Below are positions 40,504 to 52,905 of a stretch of 64,000 bases of DNA, one piece after another. Source of the DNA: Thalia democratica (Eukaryota). The position numbers and the translations under genes were made by a program. The first letter of the stretch is position 1, and each line of letters opens with the position of its first letter. The stretch lies in NCBI GenBank assembly GCA_965202585.1, contig OZ241829.1, positions 12,648,001-12,712,000 of the forward strand, written 5' to 3'. The notes below the pieces were generated by a model. It was not told where the DNA came from, did not search any database, and worked only from the letters and a program-made list of their open reading frames with translations.

Positions 40504-41161
40504 ACACATTTGATTATGCTTTTTGTAGTTTATAAATGCCAAGCTTTTATTACTCTCACCATAAAGCCGATGCGACAGCATTTTATAAACACTTTAGCTT
40601 GCTTGCTGCAATTAAAACTCTGCTTAATAACACTTTTGCAGCTTTACTTATATATATTCAATTTCAAACTGAGGTTATCAGTTAACTCAAGCTTAATTAA
40701 TATTAGATTGTACCAAAATGTAAATCTGTAAAAAGTCTATCAAGTTACTGTGCATTTTGTTCAATTTGCAGTTTAGTAGCTTTCTTATCGCTTCAAAAAT
40801 AAACAAAACTTTTAACTAAATCATTCTTGTAAACACACAAGTTTTAAACGTTAACTGTTTTATATATTTTAATAATAAATGTTCTATTTAGTTTAAAAAC
40901 AAAATAACTTCTAAACTCAGTAAACAAAGTCTTTTTTTACATAATAGGCTTTAATGAATTTATTCTTTTAAGAACTTTTTTTACAAACTAAGTTTCGGTC
41001 ATGTTCTTGAAATAATAAATTCATTAATTCTCCTCCACTACTTGAGATCTCTTTATTTTTTCTTAAAACCAAAGCATATAATAATATGCTGTAATATAGA
41101 TTTATACTAAAATATAAAGTGAGTTTTGTAAAATACATTTTAATAACTTGGATTAAAAACG

Positions 41162-41252
41162 TGGCAGCAGTGGGATTCGAACCCACGCCTCCGAAGAGAC
41201 TGGAGCCAAAGAGACTTTAATCCAGCGCCTTAGACCGCTCGGCCATGCTACC
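41162..41252 (-). tRNA. tRNA-Leu-derived gene with a 9-nt insertion in the anticodon loop (likely pseudogene)
   Basis: Matches the right-arm tRNA-Leu(AAG) except CTGGATTAA[AGTCTCTTT]GGCTCCAG and one T-loop base. Confidence 0.8.
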
Positions 41253-42789
41253 TCACTTCAGTTTCGATTTCTACATTTTATATACTTAAAAACTACTATG
41301 TTAAGTACTTGTTGTCATATCAAGGCTTATGATAAAATGCTTGACAAAACTCAATCAAAAAATGCATACTTTACTCCTAGCTCAGTAACAAGCTTTAAAA
41401 AGTATGAATCTTTTATCAAAACGTTACAATATAAATGTGCAAATAGTGTAAAAACAAATCAACAAAGTAATAACTGTTTTTTTTTCTTCAATAATTTTAG
41501 AAATAACAAACAGCTAAAATACTCAACAACAATGACTAGCTTTACACAGTCAAATACAAACAACTATTTTAAAACTTTTTTTTTTTAACTAAACTTTTAA
41601 AAACAAACTTAGCTATACTTAATTTTAAAGTTTTTAATACTTTTTAATTTCAACACTTTACATATACTCAAGTTAAAGTTGTTGAATTTTTACTACTCAG
41701 CTTAACAATGAAGATTTGTACAAAATCATTTACTAAATGTTCGTGCGTAAGGTTATTTTTACTAACTAGTTTACTTGATAATCATTTAGCTTTGTATATT
41801 GATTACGGTATGCCACAACAATTAACCGTTTTATGTGAGGAATTTTAAATTCTACTTCTACTATCGCTTTTGTTTTACTACTTAGTTTACTAAAATCAAT
41901 ATCTTTTATCATTTGGGTAAATGCTTTGTAGTTGTTATTATAACCATTAGTTTTTAAAATTTAACACACATTAGTATAAAGAACTTAAGTTTTATCAAAA
42001 TTATACTTAATTAATATTTAAGTTAATTAAGTACATAATTTTATTAAATTTATAAAACCCTTTTTTTTACCTTTTTATCTTAACATAAAAAACCCTTATG
42101 CCTACAATATTTTAGTTATTTCATGTAGATAAATGTAGTTAAATAGTCAAGGTAAACAGTTTTATAAGTTTTAACTTTACTAACAGGTATATATATATAT
42201 ATACCTTAGCAGTGATTTAACAAAGTATTATTTTTTATTAAAGTAAAATATATACTTTATGGAAACTTCTTAAGGTTTATTTATTAGTAAGATATGTTTT
42301 ATTATATAGTTTGAACTTCATACTTAGTAAATTTTAGGTAATAATTTCAGCTGTTTTTGACCTAAATATGATACAATTTCTTCTGCCTATTTTGGCTTAT
42401 TAAACGACGTTAAGTATTTGGTCCTAGGACAGGGTTCGGCAGGCAGTTGTTGCTCGCAGGCCACATTTCAAGTTTTAAAATCTTTTCTGACCGCAATTAA
42501 AGTTTTAGTGACATTTAAATAACCAATTGGTTTTAGTTTAATCAAACTAAAAAAGAATAATTTTATTTAGTTTATTATTCTAAATGACATTTAGCTACAC
42601 ATAGAACCCTATTTGAATCATGCACATATATTAGACTAAAATTAACATTGACTAATGTACTGAAGTCTTTATAAATTAAATGTACTATTTTAAACAGTTG
42701 ATAAATTTAACTAAATAGTTTTACTTACAACCTAACTCTCCATAAAAACCAAGCTTAAAAATATTTATTGATCATTTTTATAATTTTTT

Positions 42790-43250
42790 TATATCATTAA
42801 CCACTTGTAAATATATTTGACAAAGTTGGCCCTAAATGGGGGCCCATGGCTATTCCATCATGTTGGGAATACATTTGTGAATTAAATGTAAATTGTACAC
42901 CACTAGTGGATAACTTTAAAAGTTTACGAAAATTGTTTTTGCTTAAACTGGGTGTCTCAAGTCTATACAAAGTGTCAACACAAATATCCAATACTTCATC
43001 TGTGAATAAACTTTTGACATCAAAGGATGCCGTAAAAGTATTATTTGAATTTGTCTTTTTAATTGACCAGCAAAAGAAAATGAGTCTTTTATCATATAAG
43101 AAGAGAAATGTTCAAATACCGGATATAGTTGGTCATTAAGATATTTTGCCAACTTATGTTGAGCAAAGTTCACCATGGATAGGATTGGTATTAAAAGAAC
43201 ATCTTTCTTATGTATCTTCGACGATTTATTTTAAAGTTTTGAAATAAAAT
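42790..43250 (-). mobile_element. Degenerate Penelope-like RT fragment in the inverted-repeat spacer
   Basis: Frameshifted pieces HKLAKYLNDQL...IKDSFSF and FTFNSQMYSQHDGIAMGPHLGPTLSNIF resemble the PLE RT QxxGxxMGSPLxPxLANIF motif. Confidence 0.75.
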
Positions 43251-44556
43251 TTTACACACACATGAGTTTTTAAAATATTTTAAACAGGTTTAAACTAACA
43301 ATCTTAAACAGACTAATTTTTTAAGTTTTCAAACTAGCCTGTTTTTGGCAACCCTGTTTGAAATAAAATCCTTAAAATAAAGAAACAACGAAGCTTATTA
43401 ATAGTAATATATAGATATGTGTATATACAGAAAAAAATCTTATTATAAGTCAGCTTAAATGGACAAATAAGTTTCTAAAACAATTTTAAAAAAGGTATAA
43501 AAATTTATTGAGATATTAAAGAAGAAGAAAAACTTATTTTTATTGAGCGCTTAGTTTTCTGAAAAGCACAGCGTAACTTTAGCACGGGTCGTTTATTTAA
43601 TACGGAATATATATATATATACCTGTTAGTAAAGTTAAAACTTATAAAACTGTTTACCTTGACTATTTAACTACATTTATCTACATGAAATAACTAAAAT
43701 ATTGTAGGCATAAGGGTTTTTTATGTTAAGATAAAAAGGTAAAAAAAAGGGTTTTATAAATTTAATAAAATTATGTACTTAATTAACTTAAATATTAATT
43801 AAGTATAATTTTGATAAAACTTAAGTTCTTTATACTAATGTGTGTTAAATTTTAAAAACTAATGGTTATAATAACAACTACAAAGCATTTACCCAAATGA
43901 TAAAAAATATTGATTTTAGTAAACTAAGTAGTAAAACAAAAGCGATAGTAGAAGTAGAATTTAAAATTCCTCACATAAAACGGTTAATTGTTGTGGCATA
44001 CCGTAATCAATATACAAAGCTAAATGATTATCAAGTAAACTAGTTAGTAAAAATAACCTTACGCACGAACATTTAGTAAATGATTTTGTACAAATCTTCA
44101 TTGTTAAGCTGAGTAGTAAAAATTCAACAACTTTAACTTGAGTATATGTAAAGTGTTGAAATTAAAAAGTATTAAAAACTTTAAAATTAAGTATAGCTAA
44201 GTTTGTTTTTAAAAGTTTAGTTAAAAAAAAAAAGTTTTAAAATAGTTGTTTGTATTTGACTGTGTAAAGCTAGTCATTGTTGTTGAGTATTTTAGCTGTT
44301 TGTTATTTCTAAAATTATTGAAGAAAAAAAAACAGTTATTACTTTGTTGATTTGTTTTTACACTATTTGCACATTTATATTGTAACGTTTTGATAAAAGA
44401 TTCATACTTTTTAAAGCTTGTTACTGAGCTAGGAGTAAAGTATGCATTTTTTGATTGAGTTTTGTCAAGCATTTTATCATAAGCCTTGATATGACAACAA
44501 GTACTTAACATAGTAGTTTTTAAGTATATAAAATGTAGAAATCGAAACTGAAGTGA

Positions 44557-44638
44557 GGTAGCATGGCCGAGCGGTCTAAGGCGCTGGATTAAGGCTCCAG
44601 TCTCTTCGGAGGCGTGGGTTCGAACCCCACTGCTGCCA
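44557..44638 (+). tRNA. trnL: tRNA-Leu(AAG)
   Basis: 82-nt type II tRNA GGTAGCATGGCCGAGCGGTCTAAGG...CTGCTGCCA, loop TT-AAG-GC, long variable arm, TTTTT terminator. Confidence 0.95.
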
Positions 44639-45296
44639 CGTTTTTAATCCAAGTTATTAAAATGTATTTTACAAAACTCACTTTATATTTTAGTATAAAT
44701 CTATATTACAGCATATTATTATATGCTTTGGTTTTAAGAAAAAATAAAGAGATCTCAAGTAGTGGAAGAGAATTAATGAATTTATTATTTCAAGAACATG
44801 ACCGAAACTTAGTTTGTAAAAAAAGTTCTTAAAAGAATAAATTCATTAAAGCCTATTATGTAAAAAAAGACTTTGTTTACTGAGTTTAGAAGTTATTTTG
44901 TTTTTAAACTAAATAGAACATTTATTATTAAAATAAATAAAACAGTAAACGTTTAAAACTTGTGTGTTTACAAGAATGATTTAGTTAAAAGTTTTGTTTA
45001 TTTTTGAAGCGATAAGAAAGCTACTAAACTGCAAATTGAACAAAATGCACAGTAACTTGATAGACTTTTTACAGATTTACATTTTGGTACAATCTAATAT
45101 TAATTAAGCTTGAGTTAACTGATAACCTCAGTTTGAAATTGAATATATATAAGTAAAGCTGCAAAAGTGTTATTAAGCAGAGTTTTAATTGCAGCAAGCA
45201 AGCTAAAGTGTTTATAAAATGCTGTCGCATCGGCTTTATGGTGAGAGTAATAAAAGCTTGGCATTTATAAACTACAAAATGCATAATCAAATGTGT

Positions 45297-45370
45297 GGCC
45301 GGTTAGCTCAGTTGGTTAGAGCGTCGTGCTAATAACGCGAATGTCGCGGGTTCGATCCCCGTACTGGCCA
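45297..45370 (+). tRNA. trnI: tRNA-Ile(AAT)
   Basis: 74-nt cloverleaf, anticodon arm TCGTG-CTAATAA-CGCGA. Confidence 0.95.
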
Positions 45371-45377
45371 CATTTCA

Positions 45378-45449
45378 TCCTCGTTAGTATAGTGGTGAGT
45401 ATTCCCGCCAGTCACGCGGGCGACCGGGGTTCGATTCCCCGACGGGGAG
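45378..45449 (+). tRNA. trnD: tRNA-Asp(GTC) variant with invariant U33 changed to A
   Basis: Loop CA-GTC-AC instead of CT-GTC-AC; otherwise matches the left copy; TTTTT terminator follows. Confidence 0.85.
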
Positions 45450-48148
45450 ATTTTTGACAACATTTTTATTCCTCTGTTGAAGAATGTTTATACTTATAAA
45501 CCATTAAGCTAGTTTTAAAGTTTCATGGTGTTTATTACTGCTAAAATATTTTAGCTGACACGGTAAATTTTCTGTATAAAAGAACTTTTTAGTACATTTC
45601 TTTCTAAACAATTGTTTTGCTCGTTTCAAAACATGTTATTGCATATAACTATTGCAAAACTGTGAGTTTATTAGTTTTGTTGTTTAAAAAATTATGATGA
45701 AAACGCAGTATGCTTGATTGTTAAAAAATTTATACTCAAGCCTGGTTTTTCATAGTTATCAATAAAACTTTTTATCTAAATTTTAAACATGATTTATTGT
45801 TTATAATGGCCTTAACTTTTCATAAGTGTTTAATGCTTTATCCGAAACTAAAAAGTAAAAAAGTACGAAACTCAAAGTATAAAAGCATTTGTATATTTCA
45901 AAATACTTTAAAAGTTTCCAGCTTTTTAAACTAAGGTAACTAATATCAGTTTATAATCGTTTAATATACTTACTAGGTATGAGCAGACATATGTTTATTA
46001 AGCTCAAATAGTCTACTTAACTTGTAAATTTTGCCTACTTTGAAGTTACATATACTTGTAAATTAAACTTTATTAGTAAACTTTTGTGAGAAAATTAAAC
46101 CATTTATTTAAGTATTAAACTTTTGTTGAAGTATTGAATAGTTTTATGTTTAAACTTTAGTTTTTTTAAACATAAAAAAGTTTTAAAAGTATAAATATTT
46201 AGTTTGAGGATTTTTTTTGTTTCAATTATACTTCTTTATATCTATCTGAATTAGAAATCTTATAAAAAACACATGTTTTTGAAGCAGTATGGTTTTCAAA
46301 AACATCTAATTGAGTTATTTTACATTAATTATTTTTTTTATTATTAAAGTAAACAATTACTTCATGTTTCTTTTGCTTAATTTTTCTACAAAGTTCTTTT
46401 TATACGTACTTTAATATAAAAATAAACTTTTTTATTGGTGATTCATTTTGTTTTTCGATTTGCTGTAGCGATTAATTAATTTCTTTTTAAAGAAAATATG
46501 TTAGGTATGCATATTAAGTCCTGGACAAGACGTTAAAAGGTATGCGTGGTGTGCGGCTAGATAATCGAAAGCTTTTTCGCGCACCAGGTCTTAAGACCAA
46601 ATAATATTTTTGGAAAATATTTTGAGCGCTTTTTTTTTGTCGTTCAATAAACAATATAAAGTTCATAAAAAAAGGTTATTTTATATTTTGATGACTATTT
46701 TCTAAAGCTAATTTTTTTTAAGTTTAATATTTTAAGTAAGATGTCGTACAAACTTAGTCAATTTTAAAAGCTTTAAAAAATAACTATAAAAGTAATTATA
46801 TTAATGATTATATTTTTAAAATGTAACTTCTGTAAACATAATAAATATTTTCGAAATGTTTAGTTTTATTCTGACTATAAAGTTTAAAGTTTCTGCTAAA
46901 AAGTTAGTTTTTTAAAGCATAATAAGATACTTAAAGATATAATAATTACAAAATTTTATTAAAAAAAAATTAGTGACAAGTTAAAACAGAAAACATTAGC
47001 TTAAAAAAGTGTCAGCATTTTTATGACAGGTTTGATGAAATAACTTGTTTTAACTTAAAAAACATAATAAACAGTTTTTATAAAAAACTTATTTCAAAAG
47101 TTAAGTAAAAAAGTTTATCTTGAAAAATACTTCTTAAATTGTTTCATGTAACATTTCGTAGAACAACCTACCAGAGAAAAAAACTTTAAACAGTTTTTAT
47201 CGAAATTAGTATTTGATTTTTAATATAAAAGGTTGTCTTAAAAAATAACATTTAAATTTTATACAGGTTTTCAAAAAAAAATAATCTTACAAAGAAAACA
47301 ATTTCAACAGCTTTTCTTTCATCAATTGCCAAACGCTTTATTATTATAACCGGTTAGCAAAACAAAACACCATGAATCGACGCTTATTGAGCAAATATAC
47401 GCCTTCAATTGTAAAACTTTACGATTTCAAACCGACAATGGAGTTTATTTGGTGAAAACCCGGCATCAAAATAGCTTATTGTGACGACAGCAAAAAATTA
47501 AAGAATACCGAAAACAAATACAATGTGATTTCTTCAAGTTTGCCACGCTTGGATGCACACAAATTGTGTTATTGTATAGAGAAATTCAATGCTATTCATT
47601 TATGCGTAGCTGCTATAAAAGAAGGTTGTTGCAAGTATAGCTGAAAATTTTGTTTTATGAGCTAGACAGGAAATAATGTAGCTCATTTTGATAATTAAAG
47701 TGCTTTAAATGTAGTTTTTGTAACTTGAATTTTTCGTAATTAAGCTTTTTTTGCTTAAAAGTTTGTTTATAGTGTAATTAGAATATTTTGTTCAATATGT
47801 ACTGTATAAACTTTTATAAAAAGTATTTTTTATTTGTTAAGTCATTATTTTAAGAGATTTTTGTTTAATGTTTTGTAAAGAAAAAAAAGGTTGTATAAAC
47901 TTTCTATAAACTGTTTATATAAACTTTTCTTCAAAAATCATATTTGTAAACCTTCTAAAATAAGTTTACTACATTTCTCAAAACTATTAATTCAAGACAG
48001 AAACTTAAAATTAAATAGTTATTTAACTAAACGCAAGTATTCTTAAAAACTTTCAAAGCTTAATTGGTGTATGTTATATTAGAGTGCGTTCGTGGCAGTA
48101 ATAATTTAAAAGACTAAAAATATTTTTCAGACATAAATTCAAACAATT

Positions 48149-51100
48149 ATGAAGCTGTTTACTTCACTTTTGGCTGTTCTAAACTTCTCACTTTATGTAA
48201 ATGCCTTGGAATTAAGTAAGTTTTTGCATACTTTGATAAAGCTTGTGTATAAATAGATACTTTATTTTCTTTCACTGCAATGTTTTGAAAATAAGGTTGC
48301 TTAACATTGTGTTTATTTCTTTAAGTGGTTTATTGTTTTTATGGTTTATTTTCACTAGTTTTATGAGATTGATAAAATTCATATATGCTGATGAGCAAGT
48401 ATTTACAAGCTTTAAGTTATAAATAACAATAAAAGCTTTAACATAGTTTAAAACTAACAAACAATTTTGAACTAGAAAGTTTTGTTAACATATAGTTTTT
48501 TATATCACTTAAAATGATAATAAAGCACAAAAAAAGGTTAAAAAAGTTTTTTAATAGAAAATTGTATAAGAGTTTATTAATTTTTTTATTGATAAATACC
48601 ATGAATAAAAACTGAACAATTTTTTTAGTACTTAAAAGCTTCTTTTTGTGTTATCTGTAATAAAGTTGTGAATAATCTTGTAGAAATTACAAGTTGTAGC
48701 TTATAATAGATAAAAACGTTTTTATATTTTTTGATTTGATGTATAACATATACAAAAAAAGCTTTTGTTTTAAAACATTCATTGAAATCACCATTAAAGC
48801 AGATTTTAATTAGTTTTACAAAGTATTAATTAGTTTTTAAGTATAGTAAACTAAATTGCATTAACACTTACAATAGTAAAATTCATCTTATGCTGACGAA
48901 GCAAGTATTTTGAAGTATAAAGTTATAAAAAAGAGTTTAGTTAAAATTTAAGTTCAAGAAACAATTTAAAACTAGAAATTAATGTAAATATAAAGTTGTT
49001 TTTTATATCACTAAAAAAATATTAAAACACAATAAAAGGTCAAAAAAGTTTTTACAAATAAGTTTTTTGCAAAATTTCTATGCATATTTTTATTGATAAG
49101 TATCATGAATGAAAGCTAAACATCTTGTCTGCTTTTGGAAAATTTTTTTCTGTGTTATCTGTTTCAAAGCTATGTAATAGTCTTGTAAAATGTACAAGTT
49201 GAAGCTTTAAAAAATGTTCTTATCTTTTTGACTGGATAAAAAGTTTGACTGAACTTGAAATTTATGTAAAACGTAAACTTTAATTTTAAAACACCCATTG
49301 AAATAACTTTTAAAGTTGATTTTAACAGTTTTACTATGTTTACTTAATTTTTAAATGTAGTTAAGTTAGTTGTGTTATCATTAACTATATATAAACTAGA
49401 TAAACATTAGATGTAATGTAAAAAGTTCTTTTTTAGTTTCAAATTAGAACTTTTTTAACTTTCTCAAAAGTATTGGAACTAGTTAAACTTATAAAAAAAT
49501 TTTAAAAAAAAGCTTTTGAGTATCTAAGTACGATTACTTAAGACCATAGGGAGTTAAATACTTAATTTAAAATTAGTTTTGTTTTTTATTTAAATATAAA
49601 GCTATAAATTGTAAATTATATTTAAAAAAATTGTTTAGATTATTAAGTCTACACACCAAAAACATTGCTTAACTTTTTTATTTATTTTATTTTGTGGTTC
49701 AATAGTTTGAAAAAGTTTGACTTGATCATATGGTTTACATCAGTGTTTCAAAAATATAACTATTTTTTTAATTATCATTAAAACAGTAGCTTTTAAACTG
49801 AAAATGCTAAACAAGTAGTATACTTTAAAAATTTTTAGATCAAGGTCACCATTTTATTGTTGCATTAGCTAATTTTTTTTTTCTTTTTATGTTTATGATT
49901 TTATTATTTTTCGATAACAAACTTGTTTAAGATTTCTTTAAGACAATTTGTTTATCTTTTTAAAATGAAAGTAAAAAACAGAAAATCTTCCTGCGATGAA
50001 AAGTTTGATTACAGAAATTAAAAGAAAAACACTAAATGACTATAAAGGAGATGGGTTTAGTATAAAAAAGTATGTATAACATTTATTATGCAAAATAAAT
50101 AAACAAACCAAGTTTGTTTTCATATACCAAAAAAAGTCTAGAATTTTATTAGTGATTATTATAATGCTTAATGTTCAAACTTGCTAATTGGTTTTAAACA
50201 CTGAACTCAGCATAAAAACTAATCGTTTTATCACAATTCAACTTTAGAGGTGAAGTAACAGACTTTTCCGTTGGGTCAATTCAATTGTTGAAAAAATCGA
50301 AGTCAGACTATAAAATAGAGTTTACTGGAGTCAATATAAAAGTTCTGGCTGACATAGCAGTGAAGAAGAAAATAATGTAAGTTAATAAAGTTTGGTTTTC
50401 TATAAATAATAACTTTTCATGTAGAATTGAATCAAGATTAGTTTGAATGATTAAAGAGGTTATGATTTTAATTGAAGCATAATAAACCAGAAAATGCGAT
50501 AGTACATCCTTTGAAATAAAATCATTTATAGTCATTACATATCTTTAGATTTTTTTTGTTTAGCTAGTTTTAATCTAATACGTTATAAGTTTAATTTTAA
50601 AAAATGCGTTCAATATATAAAACATACCTTTAAAAGTTATACAGCTTAAAAATAATTCATTAGAAAAAATTATATTGAAACTTATTAGAAACAGAAATAA
50701 TGTTCACCTATATTTGTTTTTATATGTACATAAACCCTGGGGTCGACCTTAGTAAGTCGGGGGCAATAACTAGCAAAGGGGCGGAAGGAAAAATTATAAA
50801 AACTTAGACAGTCATAAGATTAAAAAAACTTAAACAAGATATTATTGCGTTGCAGATGAAGAGCAAAAAAAAGGTCTTAGATGTTTTTAAATGGTAGTTT
50901 TTTGAGTAGTCTTGTTGGGAAAAGGGCCATAGCCTTTTCAATTTCTTTAAAGAGGGCCATTTGAAAAAAAACTTGGGAAACCCCGTTATAGGATATTGTT
51001 TTTCAGTTAAGCACGTCAACTTAAACAATATATTTTCATATTCATACTTAGTGAAGAATGACATATTTAAAACTGCGTTTAAGAGCCTAACTGAAGCACA

Positions 51101-52905
51101 ACAGTATACAGTTATTTGATTTTATAAAGTTCTAATTATTTAAAAAAAGGAACTTTTTCCTACACGCGTGTATAAATTGTATTTAAATCAACCATTGCAA
51201 TTTGTTGGTTTTGTTTTTATATTCATACTAATTCAACAAAATCATGTTTAAAACTGCTTTCAAAAGGACACGTGTAATAAAAACAAAATAATCTACAGTT
51301 ACTTTACTTTCTTTGTATCATTATTTTAATAAAAATTTTTACTGCTTTTCAAAGGTTAATGCCTGAGATCAACGCAAAAGGAACAGCAAAAGTATCAGTT
51401 ATGGATGGCAGCATAAATCAGGCCGTTGAAATTAAAAAGATCGGATCTAAGTGGAAGGTTTTATATAAAAATAACTTAAAATTACTGATAAGTGTAAAAT
51501 ATTTCTTTTAATTTCATTGTTTTTTAAGTTAAAAACATTGACTTGATTTTCTTGTATTTATTTTACAGTTTTTTTCATGTATAATAAAGTTTGAAAACTT
51601 GAAATTTCAAACTATGTCTAAATTAAAACCTTGTAAGATAAATAAGAAAAGTAAACATATTACGCATTCAAATTTTAATATATTTCAAACTAAACAAGTT
51701 GACTATTTAAACCTTGTTAGTTAAAGTTTGTGATATTTAATTTTAGAAACACGTAACCGCAAAAAAATGTGACAGTTTTTAATGTTACAAAACTTTGTTA
51801 ATGAAGTAAAATCTTTTAAAGTTCTTGCCTAATTATTTTTTTACTTTGAAAATGTAAAGTCAAACTTATTAAAAACACTTGAGGTACGGCAAGGTTGTAT
51901 ATAAAAGCTTTACTTAAAACTTTAAAAAAATCTAAAGCAAAAATTTTAATAATCAAGTATCAAATTTATTTTGTAGATTTTTTTATGTAATGTTCATTTA
52001 TGCAATAAAAAAAAAGTCAAACAATAAAAAGTGTAACAAACTCAGGGTGCGTTGTCTTTAAAACATAACCTGTATATACAAATAAACGATGTTTTTATTG
52101 CATAAGTTAACATATCAGAAAAAAAAACTACAAAATATACTTGCAATTTTATATTTGATTATTAAACTTTAAGCTTTATAAATTTTAATAAGCTTTAATA
52201 CCTTATACTAGTTACATTACATATAAAATAGTTGTTTTATTTATTAAAACGGAACAAAAATACTAAACTTGCTATTTTTGAACGCTTAGTATGTTAGATA
52301 GTATATGATAACGCAAATATGAAATGTAAAGATCTTTATAAAACTTATCGTTTTTTTTTAAAGTAACAACACCTTATACTTTTCTTTATTTAATAAGTAT
52401 TCTGATTATTTTTTAGATGAACCCTAAGCACTGTTCATCGCTAATCGGTGATATCAAGATGAAACTAGATGGGGAAGGAATTTACCAAGCGATATTTTCA
52501 ACTCTCGAAAAAATGTTTCAAAAACAAGCAAAAGGGTATTTGAACAAACAGGTATGTTTTTAGAAAATAATATTGTGTATAATTCTATAAATAAATACTT
52601 TTTGTTCTGTATAAGTTTAGTCTAAAAATTTTTAGAAAAAAGTTTAACGAGAGTTTAAAAAGTATTTCATAAACAAAATGTTATTTAAATCAAATTTTTT
52701 TATATTTGTTAGAAGATTCTTGAAAATTAATTTCAGCAATTTTTTTCGTTTAATATGTACATTACCAATAATCATTCAAAATAACTAAAAAGTATAAGTA
52801 AATTCTCATATACAGATTTGTCCTTTAATAAAAGAGAATTTTGACAAAATTTTGCAAAAGATTGATGTAGAAAAATTGCTATCACTCACACACGAAGAAC
52901 TTTAA
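48149..52905 (+). CDS. Secreted single-domain BPI/LBP/PLUNC-fold (TULIP) protein, 6 exons, 198 aa
   Basis: Exons 48149-48215 (signal MKLFTSLLAVLNFSLYVNA), 49982-50054, 50248-50376, 51355-51457, 52417-52551, 52816-52905 join in frame (597 nt, GT-AG). Two Cys (KHCSSLIGDI and KQICPLI) match the BPI N-domain disulfide pattern. Confidence 0.75.
48380..49390 (+). repeat. Diverged ~500-bp direct tandem duplication in intron 1 of the BPI-fold gene
   Basis: Collinear matching blocks, e.g. TATGCTGATGAGCAAGTATTT at ~48384 and TATGCTGACGAAGCAAGTATTT at ~48889. Boundaries approximate. Confidence 0.65.
50737..50985. repeat. Degenerate short DNA-transposon-like repeat
   Basis: CTGGGGT...GAAACCCCG ends and an internal GAAGAGCAAAAAAAAGGTCT motif shared with 14704-15052. 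Confidence 0.4.

Larger units (their letters stand above)
39821..45978. repeat. Large inverted repeat: arms ~39821-42203 and ~43607-45978, spacer ~1.4 kb
   Basis: Arms are reverse complements with scattered substitutions (the spurious ORFs 41298..41588 and 44221..44511 translate identically). Inner ends fall in (TA)n runs. Confidence 0.95.

Noticed and set aside
40510-45290. Mirrored ORFs 40510..40731, 40968..41186, 41298..41588 and their copies
   Set aside because: They are low-complexity AT-rich frames duplicated only because of the inverted repeat; one overlaps a tRNA gene.
47453-47455. Selenocysteine TGA
   Set aside because: No selenoprotein motif and no recognisable SECIS element; a nonsense codon in a decayed sequence is simpler.
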